From contig CBDVBK010000005.1 of the NCBI GenBank assembly GCA_965372215.1, forward strand, positions 2,083 through 66,082: a stretch of 64,000 nucleotides of DNA, given 5' to 3'. The stretch's first letter is position 1. Each line of letters starts with the position of its first letter. Below are positions 27,687 to 37,884 of this stretch, piece by piece. The translations under genes and the position numbers were made by a program. The notes below the pieces were generated by a model, which worked only from the letters and a program-made list of their open reading frames with translations, did not search any database and was not told where the DNA came from. The DNA comes from an uncultured bacterium. GTDB taxonomy: Bacteria; Fermentibacterota; Fermentibacteria; Fermentibacterales; JCC-6.

Positions 27687-29657
27687 TTATGAGCCGTTTC
27701 CACTGAAAATATTCCTTCCACCTGGCGGAAGTTCGGGAATATCAAAAAGACCCGCAATGCTTCTCCCCATGTCCATAAGATTAGGGTTCTCAACTCCCGG
27801 TGGCGCTGTGGAAAGCAATACTCCAGGAACAGCTTCAGGATCAATACAGTGTGTGCCGCTCCATGGATCAAGATTATCGGTTATTATTTCTTCCGGAAAA
27901 CTGCCGAGAGTAGTTTCCCATGAAGATCGATAACACCTCGCGTAGCCAATTATCATATCAGGAGCGTAGTCTGGGAGAGGACCTGGATATATGTCGGAAG
28001 TGATATATGCATTATCGATAACTCTCCTTCCGCTGGCGGAATCCGTAACTGATTCAAGATCGCGCTTTAATCGGATTAGCAGATCCTGAACCTGTTCAGG
28101 TGCGACACATCCATTATCCTCACGACCAGCCCTGTTGATGAAGAGGGAATTAAGCCCAAGACCATAAGCCGCTGTAGATGACCAGTCTATTGCCGCAAAC
28201 ATGTCCTGATTCCTGTCTCTTGGTGAAGTTATCGTCGCATAGCCTTCTGAAGCAAGCCATGTATTCAGATTGAATGATCGGTTGAATGGAGCAAAGCCAT
28301 GATCGGAGAGTACGATTACTTCGGTATGTGCATCTTTCGCTTCAAGCGCTTGACCGATTACATAGTCGATCTGCATGTATAACTCTCGAATTGCTCCCTT
28401 GAAACGGGGACTTGTGGTTGCGTAAAGAGGTGAGTTTGGATCGAGTACTCTGTAAAACATATGTAAATTCAGATCAAGAGAACTGAAGTAGAAGAAGAAC
28501 AGACCGTCACGAAACCTGCTTAATTCATGATGGAACAGATCGAGTCGCTCCTGAAGGACTATCCAAGCCTGCTGGAGATATTCTTCATCCGAAAGAATTC
28601 CCCTTGAAAGAGCCTTTGTATCCTCGGGGAAACCCTGGGTATAGAATCCACCGAGATTCCTTGCCAGATCGCTGCTGTAACCGGCTGGTGTGGAAATCGG
28701 CAATGCAGGATCAAGAGGATCGATATTAAGAGGAGACAGATAGAGTTTCAGTTTCGGAGTAATCTCCTTCATGTAGAATCTGCCAATTGCGCTGACACTG
28801 GATATATGCGGAATGGCATCAAAACGCATTCTTATCCAGGGGCTCCACTCACCTGCAGCAAGAACGTGGCTGTTGCCCTGGATATCAATTCTTGCCGCAT
28901 TCGCGACTCTGTCAACCCGGACCTCAGCTTCAATCTCCATTTCCGGATTTTCAGCATGCATTGAGTTCTCAGGCCCTTTAATCGAACATCTGTAGCAGTT
29001 ATCCCCATAATCTCGCACCGCTACTACAACACCTCCGGAAGTGCTGTTTGACAATGATCTCGCATCATCTGTAAAGAACGTGAAGCTTCCCTGACTGCCT
29101 CGCATATCCGGTGTGCCAAGACCGGAAAGTATAGTCGCTTTACCTTTGTCAGGAGGGAAGTCGACCGGAAGTTTGACAAGCTTCACAGGGATACCCTCAT
29201 CCGTCAACTTGTTCCAGAATGGTTCACCTTTGCGGAGCAATTCGACTTTGGCTCCGATCAATGGTAATCTCCAGTCACCTATACTTATTGTCCTGCCGGG
29301 TCCGACAACTCGTGAAGTAGACAGATATGGAGCAATGGTGGATGGTTTTCTGTGAATGAAATCGAAAATTCCATGAACATCAGGACCGTATCCGGTAATG
29401 AAATTCGACCAGGCCACAGGACTCTGAGGGGGATTGCTTGTTCCAAGCCTGTTCAACCCGCCATAACCTGCCAGCCTTGCAGCGTTGGGCATAACCCCTT
29501 CATGAATGAAACTCCGAAGAAGAAATGGGTCCAATCCATCGATTCCGAGTACAATTACGCGCTTTGCGGATGAATTTGGTCTTGCGCAACCTGTTTTCAA
29601 GGCTAGAAGCGCTGCTGGAGAAAGAGCCGTCAGCTTAAGAAATTCACGGCGCTTCAT
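27687..29657 (-). CDS. alkaline-phosphatase superfamily protein (type I phosphodiesterase / nucleotide pyrophosphatase, PF01663-like), Tat-secreted
   Basis: Tat motif RREFLK. VIVLGIDGLDP metal-site motif and VIVLSDHGF. 656 aa. Confidence 0.7.
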   Translation of the reverse strand: MKRREFLKLTALSPAALLALKTGCARPNSSAKRVIVLGIDGLDPFLLRSFIHEGVMPNAARLAGYGGLNRLGTSNPPQSPVAWSNFITGYGPDVHGIFDFIHRKPSTIAPYLSTSRVVGPGRTISIGDWRLPLIGAKVELLRKGEPFWNKLTDEGIPVKLVKLPVDFPPDKGKATILSGLGTPDMRGSQGSFTFFTDDARSLSNSTSGGVVVAVRDYGDNCYRCSIKGPENSMHAENPEMEIEAEVRVDRVANAARIDIQGNSHVLAAGEWSPWIRMRFDAIPHISSVSAIGRFYMKEITPKLKLYLSPLNIDPLDPALPISTPAGYSSDLARNLGGFYTQGFPEDTKALSRGILSDEEYLQQAWIVLQERLDLFHHELSRFRDGLFFFYFSSLDLNLHMFYRVLDPNSPLYATTSPRFKGAIRELYMQIDYVIGQALEAKDAHTEVIVLSDHGFAPFNRSFNLNTWLASEGYATITSPRDRNQDMFAAIDWSSTAAYGLGLNSLFINRAGREDNGCVAPEQVQDLLIRLKRDLESVTDSASGRRVIDNAYITSDIYPGPLPDYAPDMIIGYARCYRSSWETTLGSFPEEIITDNLDPWSGTHCIDPEAVPGVLLSTAPPGVENPNLMDMGRSIAGLFDIPELPPGGRNIFSGNGS

Positions 29658-31762
29658 TGTAAATTTTCATTTCCAGTAAGTATTTTCCCCTCCATATATG
29701 AAGGTGGTCTGATCCCAAGAGCTCTAAGTACTGTCGGAGCAATATCAAGAATTGAAGCGTTTTCTGAGTCAAGTATCATATTTGAAGCCAGAGTTCCCGG
29801 AACAAGCTTATGGTCATGGCAATGGTCCCCATTCCAGCGCCTGGTGTTGGGATAGATTACTTTACTGCCAACACCTCCGGTTACACAGCCCCAGCCGGCT
29901 CTGAATCCTGTTTTTGTACCTATTACAAGATCAGGAGCTCTGGTGACGTAAGGCCCCTGATAAATGTCCGATGCAGGGTATACAGCGTTAATAACACGTT
30001 CTCCTTCGTCTGTCTCAAGATGAAGCAGTTTCTCAGAAATCTCTGCGAGAAGCTCTTCTGCCTCGCTCCCGGGTTCAACAATCCCGTTTCCCTCGCGGCC
30101 TTTAATGTTCAGGATGATTCCTGCAAGTCCCATGGACCAGGCTCTTGTTCTTGACCAGTCAACACCTTTGAAAGATGTGTCAACTGTTTTCACGCCGTCT
30201 TTCAGAGAAAGATATCCATTGGACAGAAGCCACCTGTTGAAATCAATACAGGTATGAAATGATGTGAAGCCATGATCGGATATGACGAGAAGCATATCGT
30301 CTTTCCCCAGTTCAGAAAGAGTTCTGCCTATCAGCTCATCCATTCTTAAGTACATGTTATAAACCGGAGTATCATGAGATGCTCCCTGGCCCCAGAACAT
30401 ATGCTGTATCCTGTCTGAAGTATCAAACACACATACGACCAGCCCCCCGCGGGTGCGGGATAGAGCATCAAAATACATTTTCTCTCTCTCTTCGAAGATG
30501 GACCAGGTCTGATCCAGGAAAGTATTTTCTGAAACAGCATCATTGTTCAGAGCCCAGGTATCCTCGGCAAGACCCAGAGTAGCAAAAGGTCCGAAAAGCC
30601 CCGCCAGGTATTTTGAGTAATACACAGGATGGGAAATGGGCAGAGAAGGAGAGAAAGGATCAATATGAAGCGCTGTGGAATAAACGGATGGGCAGCCGTT
30701 TATCATTGTCAGACAGAATCTTGATATAGCCTTGATTTTCTTTCTACCTGATTTAAAAGTAAGTTCCACCCATTCTGAAAGAATTCCTTCCGAAAGAGAT
30801 ATTTTCCTGTCGCCGACTCTCAGAGTAACAGAATTTTTGGAAATTTTCAGTTCAAGCGGGATAACTGCACATTCGCCATCATTTTTCAGGGGACCGGGGA
30901 GTATTCCGGTCCAGAGTCGGTCATTAACTTTCAATAGTTCCTGCCGGATGCCTCCCGCATATGACTCTCCGGTATCCTTTTCAGAAAAAACCGTATAGCT
31001 CCCCTGAGTTCCTCTCAGATCCGGTACACACATTCCGCTGAGAAGCTGTCCATCCAGCGATTCCGGGGGATAGGTAATAGGTACTCTCAGTATTGTAGAT
31101 CTGATGCCATACTCCCTCAGAAGAGTCCAGAAAGGTTTACTTTTCCGGAGAAGTCTGACAAATGATTTTGACACATTAAAACCTAAGAAACCAAAGCCTA
31201 TTCTGGAAGTTGTTGTTCCTGTTCTTACAGAAGAAAGAGTGGCCAGGTAACGTTTTCTGTCCGGTGAGAGAAAATCGAAAATATCATGTTTTCCCGGATT
31301 CACACCTGTCTGAAAAGAAGACCATGCAACCGGAGATATCCCGGGACATGTTGTCTGCAAATCACAGAATGTGCCGTTTTTACGCAGGGTATTAAGATAT
31401 GGCAATTTACCGGAATCCATCATCTTTTCGGCAATGCGCGGTGAAAATCCATCCAACCCCAGAACGATCACTCTTTTCGCCAGTTGGTTACACTGCCGCT
31501 TTCTGCGCTTGATGAATCTTATGATAAGACTTACCGGCCATAATAGAGCAGACAGTATAGAAACGAATACAGCGTTAAGAATGACAAGAAAAGACGTAAC
31601 TATTCCAAATCCTGCACCAGGTCCCACATAGGCGGATACCACAGTAACAAGCAACAACAGAATAATTATGAAAAAGGGAATTCGGCATTTGCCGTTTCCC
31701 TGAAGTATTTCAATAATGATTTCCTCCCTGTGAAATATCCACTGGAAAAAAGCATTCGTCAA
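29654..31762 (-). CDS. alkaline-phosphatase superfamily protein (phosphodiesterase/NPP-like), membrane-anchored paralogue
   Basis: N-terminal TM helices. VIVLGLDGFSP and LLVISDHGF motifs. 702 aa. Tandem with, and overlapping, the previous paralogue. Confidence 0.7.
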   Translation of the reverse strand: MTNAFFQWIFHREEIIIEILQGNGKCRIPFFIIILLLLVTVVSAYVGPGAGFGIVTSFLVILNAVFVSILSALLWPVSLIIRFIKRRKRQCNQLAKRVIVLGLDGFSPRIAEKMMDSGKLPYLNTLRKNGTFCDLQTTCPGISPVAWSSFQTGVNPGKHDIFDFLSPDRKRYLATLSSVRTGTTTSRIGFGFLGFNVSKSFVRLLRKSKPFWTLLREYGIRSTILRVPITYPPESLDGQLLSGMCVPDLRGTQGSYTVFSEKDTGESYAGGIRQELLKVNDRLWTGILPGPLKNDGECAVIPLELKISKNSVTLRVGDRKISLSEGILSEWVELTFKSGRKKIKAISRFCLTMINGCPSVYSTALHIDPFSPSLPISHPVYYSKYLAGLFGPFATLGLAEDTWALNNDAVSENTFLDQTWSIFEEREKMYFDALSRTRGGLVVCVFDTSDRIQHMFWGQGASHDTPVYNMYLRMDELIGRTLSELGKDDMLLVISDHGFTSFHTCIDFNRWLLSNGYLSLKDGVKTVDTSFKGVDWSRTRAWSMGLAGIILNIKGREGNGIVEPGSEAEELLAEISEKLLHLETDEGERVINAVYPASDIYQGPYVTRAPDLVIGTKTGFRAGWGCVTGGVGSKVIYPNTRRWNGDHCHDHKLVPGTLASNMILDSENASILDIAPTVLRALGIRPPSYMEGKILTGNENLQ

Positions 31763-31898
31763 ACAGCAAACTACCAGATCTTGTAGAATTTGCTTATCTT
31801 TCGCTTTCCTGCAGACAGTACTTTTTATTTAATACAGAAGTGTTTTTTTGAGTTCTGTTTATTGAATGACTGCCCCGGTTTAATGGAGGATATACTGG

Positions 31899-34800
31899 AT
31901 GAGCGCCAGAATCGGTATTGATATGGGATCTGTAAGTGTTAAAGTTGTGCAAATGGATGGAAACAGCATTTCCAGAACAGTGTACAGGCGCCACCATGGG
32001 AATCCAGTTGACACTCTTATTGCTATTCTATCTGATTATGACGGGTGGGAGGGAAGCTCAACTGCATTTACAGGCAGCTGTTCCAGAACAGCCGCAGAAA
32101 TAGCTGGAACCAAACCGGTAAATGAAGTTGTGGCTCTCGCCGGAGCGATACCTGAATGCTGTCCTGAGGTTTATTCTGTTATCGAGATTGGTGGACAGGA
32201 TTCAAAACTTCTTCTGTTCAGAAAAACGACAGAAGGAATTGTTTTCGATGATTTTTCAATGAATTCCGTCTGTGCCGCCGGTACCGGATCATTTCTTGAC
32301 CAGCAGGCATCAAGACTCGGACTGAAACCCGAAGAACTCGGGGAACTTGCCCTGCAGTGCAATAATCCTCCTAGAATTGCCGGGAGATGCAGTGTTTTCG
32401 CGAAATCCGATATGATTCATCTACAGCAGATAGGAACACCTGTAACACATATTGTCGCAGGACTCTGCTTCGCTGTTGCCCGGAATTTCAAAAGCTCCAT
32501 AGCCTCCGGAAGGGATTTCCGCCCGCCTGTCGCATTTGTGGGAGGAGTAGCAGCCAATCCTGGGATGGTAAAAGCATTCCGCGAAGTACTTGGTCATGAC
32601 TTCTCTGATCTTATTGTACCCGAACATTTCAGGTGCCTTGTAGCTGCTGGAGCCGCAATTGTATCTCATGATAGTGATCTTCAGGTTCTTAAAAACAACT
32701 ACATTGACCGTCTGCTGGATTCATCCGGAAGAAAAATGACGGAAAAATCACTTGAACCTCTCAAACAGTTCTGCATCAGGCATCCTGATAGAGCAACAGC
32801 TCACATCACAACTAATGAAGCTGTTTACGTAGGAATTGATGTAGGCTCAATCAGCACAAATCTTGTAGCTATTGGAGCTCAATCGAGAGATCTCCACGCA
32901 AGTGAGTATCTCATGACAGCCGGAAAACCCCTTGAAGCTGTAAAAGAAGGGCTTTCCAGACTGTCTCACACATTAGGCGCCGATCGTGAAGTTCTCGGGC
33001 TCGGAACAACCGGTTCAGGCAGATATATGATAGGGGATTTTACAGGAGCGGATATAGTCAGAAATGAAATTACAGCTCAGGCAAGAGCTGCTGTTGAGAT
33101 AGATCCTGAAGTAGACACTATTTTTGAGATCGGTGGACAGGACTCCAAATTCATTTCGCTTGAGAATGGAAGAGTTGTCGATTTCGAAATGAACAAAGTG
33201 TGTGCGGCCGGAACAGGCTCATTTCTTGAAGAACAAGCTGAGAAGCTGGGGCTCAGCATAAATGATTTCGGCCCATGTGCCATTAATGCTCCGGAGCCAT
33301 GCAGCCTGGGCGAAAGATGCACTGTATTTATGGAGAGTGATGTTTTTTCTCATCAGGCGGATGGTGCCTCAGTTGAGAATCTTGTTTCCGGTCTATCATA
33401 TTCAATTGTTAAAAATTATCTGCACAGAGTTGTCGGTGAAAAGAAGATTGGTAAACATATTTTCTTTCAGGGCGGAACGGCATTCAATAAAGGTGTTGCG
33501 GCTGCTTTCAACGCGATTCTCAAAGATAGTAATATCACAATACCTTCCAATCATCATGTAACCGGTGCAATAGGAGTTGCTCTGCTGGCAATGGAGGAAA
33601 AAGCTCCGGGAACATCTTCATTCAAGGGATTCCGACTCGCATCCGAAAAATACAGACAGGATTCATTCATTTGCAAAACCTGTTCCAACAATTGTGAAAT
33701 CCACCGTATATCTCTCCAGGATGGAAGAAAGCTCTATTACGGAGGAAGATGCGAGAAGTATGAAACAGGGAAATCTTCCAGAGAAGCGGAAACTGAAGGA
33801 CAAAACCTGTTTATTTGCCGGGAAAAACTCCTCCTGGGAGATTTCAATGAAGAAGTATCAGGGAAAAAACCAAAGATGGGAATCCCTAGAGCGCTCTGGT
33901 TCTGGGAGTTCTTTCCTTTTTTCAGAACTTTCTTCGAAGAATGCGGATTTGATGTCGTTCTTTCAGGAACTTCCACAAGCAATCTGATCCATTCCGGTGT
34001 TGAAAGTGTCGCAGCTGAAACCTGTTTTCCAGTGAAACTTGCACACGGACATGTTCTGGATCTGCTTGAAAAGGATGTGGACTACATCTTCCTGCCTTCA
34101 ATTCTAAGATCATTTTCGCAGGGAGATTTTTCGGAATCATACAATTGTCCATATATCGAAGGATCACCCCATATCATCGATTCCAGCCTAGGTCTCTCAA
34201 CTGAGGAAAATGTCACTACCCTGAGTCCTGTGCTTGATTTCTCTTTATCCGGCAACGATTGGATGAATGGTCTTCTTAAAATGGCTGAAGGATTGAGCAT
34301 AAATAGAAAAACCGCAGTTAAAGCCTGTATGAATGCAAGAATCAAACAAACTGCTTTTGCAGAATCTTTATTGAAACTCGGTCGAGAAGCCCTTGCAGAT
34401 GTGGAGGAGAACCAACCTGTATTTGTCATAATAAGCAGACCGTACAACGGTTCGGATTCTGCTGTTAATGTTGAGCTTCCAGGTAAACTGGCAAAAATGG
34501 GAGCTGTAGTCATACCTACCGACTGTCTTGAACTTCCCATGAAGCGAATAGCTGAAATGCATCCCAACATGTACTGGCAATATGGTCAGCGAATCATTGC
34601 AGCTGCACTTGCAATAAGAGAAAGTAAGATACTTAATGGCGTTTACATCACTAACTTCGGGTGCGGTCCTGATTCTTTTATTCAACATGAAGTAGCAAGG
34701 ATAATGGGTGAAAAACCCATGCTGACAATCGAAATCGATGAACATGCTGCCGACGCTGGTGTAATTACTCGCTGTGAAGCCTTCATGGACGCAATTGCGG

Positions 34801-36083
34801 GTAGAAGACAGAAAGGAACATCTTCATTCCGGGAAATGCTTGGCAACAGAAATATGGAAATCAAAGACAGACAGGTATGGATCCCCTGGCTGGGTGAAAC
34901 TACAGGAATAGCTGTCGCAGCAGTCCGAAAGCATGGTGTTCATGCCGTTCCCATTCCGCCAACCACGAAGGAATCTGTTGCTCTAGGCCGTTCGGTGACC
35001 ACGGGAAAAGAATGCTATCCCGCGATAATCACAATAGGAAACATGCTTTCGATTCTAAAGGAGAACAATCCATCAGATACAGCCTTCTTCATGGGAACAG
35101 CCTCCGGACCTTGCCGCTTCGGGCAGTATTGCAGCTACCACAGGATACTTCTCGATCGTTACGGTTTTGAAGATGTACCCATAATAACAGCTACTTCCAG
35201 CGATTCGTACACCAGCATAAAGGAACTTTCCTCACTCGGCTTCCAGATTGATATGCTCAAATCAGCTATAGCCGGAGATGTTCTGAAGAGCGCTCTCTAC
35301 CGTGTACGTCCATATGAAACCGAGAGCGGCAGAGCGGATGAAGTAATGACGGCTTCACTTAATGCAGCAGCGGAAGCAATGGAGAAAGGCAAATCATTGA
35401 TCCCGGTGCTGGCCGAATCAGCTGAAGAATTCATGAAAATACCAAGAAAAGATATTCCAAGACCTCTTATATTGATGTTCGGTGAGATTTATGTTCGGAA
35501 TGACTCATTTGCTCACTCTTCTACAGACCTGCGTATAGAAGCAATGGGAGGAGAGGTTCTTAACACACCTCTCATGGAATGGTTTGAGTTCGTCAACTAC
35601 TCCTTCATACAAAAATCGAAGGATCGAAAAAGGATTGCTGATATTGTCAGGGGATACTCAAGAATGAAACTGATGTCAAAACTTCGAAAACAGATGGAAG
35701 CTCCTTTCTCTTTCCTTCTTGAAGATCGTCCTGAACCTGAACCTTCCGAAATATTGAATACCGCGAAGCCATATATGGAAGAAAATGTTGGCGGTGAAAC
35801 TATTCTCTGTGTCGGAGCTCCTATTTCTCTAGCTGAAAAAGGGATAATTGATGGCGCAGTAAATATATTCCCCTTCACCTGCCTTCCTGGAACGATTGTA
35901 ACTGCTATCAGCAAAAGGATACGTAAGGAACATCGGGATCTGCCATGGCTCAATTTAGCTTTTGACGGCCAGGAAGACACAGATAATGAAGCAAGACTTG
36001 AAGCATTCATGTATCAGGTCATTCAAACATTCAAGGAGAAATCCAGGAAAAAGGCTGATATTCTGTTGAGAACAACGAAGTAA
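31899..36083 (+). CDS. CoA-substrate-specific enzyme activase fusion (two BadF/BadG/BcrA/BcrD-type ATPase domains + 2-hydroxyacyl-CoA dehydratase-related C-terminal domains)
   Basis: Two ASKHA N-termini (IGIDMGSVSVKVV and VGIDVGSISTNLV). Each domain carries CAAGTGSFL and C-x-VF cluster-helix motifs as in HgdC. About 700-aa C-terminal HgdB/DUF2229-like region. 1394 aa. Confidence 0.75.
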   Translation: MSARIGIDMGSVSVKVVQMDGNSISRTVYRRHHGNPVDTLIAILSDYDGWEGSSTAFTGSCSRTAAEIAGTKPVNEVVALAGAIPECCPEVYSVIEIGGQDSKLLLFRKTTEGIVFDDFSMNSVCAAGTGSFLDQQASRLGLKPEELGELALQCNNPPRIAGRCSVFAKSDMIHLQQIGTPVTHIVAGLCFAVARNFKSSIASGRDFRPPVAFVGGVAANPGMVKAFREVLGHDFSDLIVPEHFRCLVAAGAAIVSHDSDLQVLKNNYIDRLLDSSGRKMTEKSLEPLKQFCIRHPDRATAHITTNEAVYVGIDVGSISTNLVAIGAQSRDLHASEYLMTAGKPLEAVKEGLSRLSHTLGADREVLGLGTTGSGRYMIGDFTGADIVRNEITAQARAAVEIDPEVDTIFEIGGQDSKFISLENGRVVDFEMNKVCAAGTGSFLEEQAEKLGLSINDFGPCAINAPEPCSLGERCTVFMESDVFSHQADGASVENLVSGLSYSIVKNYLHRVVGEKKIGKHIFFQGGTAFNKGVAAAFNAILKDSNITIPSNHHVTGAIGVALLAMEEKAPGTSSFKGFRLASEKYRQDSFICKTCSNNCEIHRISLQDGRKLYYGGRCEKYETGKSSREAETEGQNLFICREKLLLGDFNEEVSGKKPKMGIPRALWFWEFFPFFRTFFEECGFDVVLSGTSTSNLIHSGVESVAAETCFPVKLAHGHVLDLLEKDVDYIFLPSILRSFSQGDFSESYNCPYIEGSPHIIDSSLGLSTEENVTTLSPVLDFSLSGNDWMNGLLKMAEGLSINRKTAVKACMNARIKQTAFAESLLKLGREALADVEENQPVFVIISRPYNGSDSAVNVELPGKLAKMGAVVIPTDCLELPMKRIAEMHPNMYWQYGQRIIAAALAIRESKILNGVYITNFGCGPDSFIQHEVARIMGEKPMLTIEIDEHAADAGVITRCEAFMDAIAGRRQKGTSSFREMLGNRNMEIKDRQVWIPWLGETTGIAVAAVRKHGVHAVPIPPTTKESVALGRSVTTGKECYPAIITIGNMLSILKENNPSDTAFFMGTASGPCRFGQYCSYHRILLDRYGFEDVPIITATSSDSYTSIKELSSLGFQIDMLKSAIAGDVLKSALYRVRPYETESGRADEVMTASLNAAAEAMEKGKSLIPVLAESAEEFMKIPRKDIPRPLILMFGEIYVRNDSFAHSSTDLRIEAMGGEVLNTPLMEWFEFVNYSFIQKSKDRKRIADIVRGYSRMKLMSKLRKQMEAPFSFLLEDRPEPEPSEILNTAKPYMEENVGGETILCVGAPISLAEKGIIDGAVNIFPFTCLPGTIVTAISKRIRKEHRDLPWLNLAFDGQEDTDNEARLEAFMYQVIQTFKEKSRKKADILLRTTK

Positions 36084-36089
36084 TTCAAT

Positions 36090-37397
36090 TTGAAAGTGCA
36101 GGAAATAATGAATACTGATAATACCGTTTCTGATTTACTGTCATTTCTTAATAACAGTCCCACAGCTTCCTGGGCTGTATCCGGGATTGCATCCAAACTG
36201 GAGGAGAATGGCTTCAGAAAACTCAATGAGAAGGATATATGGAACATTTCAATAAATGAAAAATTCTATATTGTTCGCTCATCATCCGCAATAATCGCAG
36301 GTATTTCAGGTTCTCAACCCTGCGGAAAAGCCGGTTGCAGAATAATAGGGGCGCATACTGATTCCCCCGGTTTCAGAGTTAAACCAGAAGCTCAACGCTC
36401 AAAAGACGGTATGATTACTCTGGGGGTGGAGGTATATGGAAGCCCAATACTTGCCACATGGTTTGATCGTGACCTCTCAATTGCAGGTACCCTCGTCTTC
36501 CAGGAAGGTAATATTCTTAAACGGAAACTATTCATGTTGAGGAAACCTGTTTGCAGGATTGCTTCTCCAGCAATTCATCTTGAACGAAATGTGAATAAAG
36601 ATGGATTCAAGGTTAATCCCGAGGAGAATACTCCACTCCTTCTGTCCACTTCCGGCTCAGGTTTTCAGGATCTGCTTGCTCTTGCGTGTGAATCAGCCGA
36701 CATGAGAGAAGAAGATGTCTCCGGATGGTCGATGGAAGTCTGGGATCCTCAACCTGCAGCCATCGGGGGTATCAGTGATGATTTCATCTTTTCCGGCAGA
36801 CTGGATAACCTGACCATGTGTTTAGCTGCAGTTGAAGCTATTCTGAGAACAGATAAAACAGATCATATGAAACTTATAAGCCTGTTCAACAGTGAAGAAG
36901 TGGGTTCGAAAACCCTTAATGGAGCCGATTCATCTTTTCTCGATTCCGTGATCGAGAGATTATCGGGTAGCAGGGAAGAGTACTTCAGATGTCTTTCAAA
37001 CAGTATGATTGTATCAGCTGATGGAGCTCATGGTGTACATCCCAATTATCCGGGTAAACATAATTCAGAATGCCGTCCGATACTGAACGGCGGTCCGGTT
37101 ATCAAGGTTAACGCCAGTAACAAATACTCATCTTCTGACATATCTAAAGCTTACTTCTCCTTCTGTGCGAATGCAGCAGATGTGAATGTTCAGTACTACG
37201 TGAGCAGGAATGACATAATCTGTGGAACCACTATCGGACCAATAACATCAGCCAGAACAGGTATCAAGAGCGTGGACGTCGGCAACGCAATGCTGTCGAT
37301 GCATTCTGTCCGGGAAATGGCAGGCTCATCAGATCAGGAAGATATGATCAAGGCCCTTGTTGAACACATGATGGGTACGGTCAGTATCTCAGACTAA
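36090..37397 (+). CDS. M18 family aminopeptidase
   Basis: GAHTDSPGFRVKP signature of M18 (aspartyl aminopeptidase / aminopeptidase I). Its N-terminus aligns to M18. 435 aa. Confidence 0.8.
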   Translation: MKVQEIMNTDNTVSDLLSFLNNSPTASWAVSGIASKLEENGFRKLNEKDIWNISINEKFYIVRSSSAIIAGISGSQPCGKAGCRIIGAHTDSPGFRVKPEAQRSKDGMITLGVEVYGSPILATWFDRDLSIAGTLVFQEGNILKRKLFMLRKPVCRIASPAIHLERNVNKDGFKVNPEENTPLLLSTSGSGFQDLLALACESADMREEDVSGWSMEVWDPQPAAIGGISDDFIFSGRLDNLTMCLAAVEAILRTDKTDHMKLISLFNSEEVGSKTLNGADSSFLDSVIERLSGSREEYFRCLSNSMIVSADGAHGVHPNYPGKHNSECRPILNGGPVIKVNASNKYSSSDISKAYFSFCANAADVNVQYYVSRNDIICGTTIGPITSARTGIKSVDVGNAMLSMHSVREMAGSSDQEDMIKALVEHMMGTVSISD

Positions 37398-37399
37398 CC

Positions 37400-37765
37400 T
37401 TAATTACCGAACTCAACAAGGCAGATTGTGTTCCTGTCAGGATCCTGGCAATAGAGATATGTGTTCCCGAAAGCATGTATTTTGTCATGCATTATTCTTC
37501 CGCCGGCTTTAAGAATTCGATCTGATGTTTCTTCAATTGATGAAACAGAAATTGCTATCGAGAGATGCTTATCAAGAGGTGAGTCTTCGCTTCTGTAAAC
37601 AGTGCAATTCACTCCAAATCCCTTGCCGGAATCCAATTTCCAGCCATCCGGTAGATCCGGGAATTTCTCAATTTTCCAATTAAATGCTTCCCCATAGAAC
37701 TCAGCAATCTCTTCAGGATCATCTGATGTGATCTTTACATGGATAATTCTATTCATTTCTTTCAC
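37400..37765 (-). CDS. VOC (glyoxalase/bleomycin-resistance) family protein
   Basis: 121 aa with a single paired beta-alpha-beta-beta-beta module and conserved H/E positions (IHVKI...HD...E). Confidence 0.5.
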   Translation of the reverse strand: MKEMNRIIHVKITSDDPEEIAEFYGEAFNWKIEKFPDLPDGWKLDSGKGFGVNCTVYRSEDSPLDKHLSIAISVSSIEETSDRILKAGGRIMHDKIHAFGNTYLYCQDPDRNTICLVEFGN

Positions 37766-37884
37766 AGTCCTTCCTTAATAACTGTACTTGTTTTCCATTT
37801 TCATTCATCAGTAGAATAATTGTTGAACAATATTCGAGTCAAGCTGGATGAATTTGTAAAAACGGTACTTAGTAAGAGAAAGCT

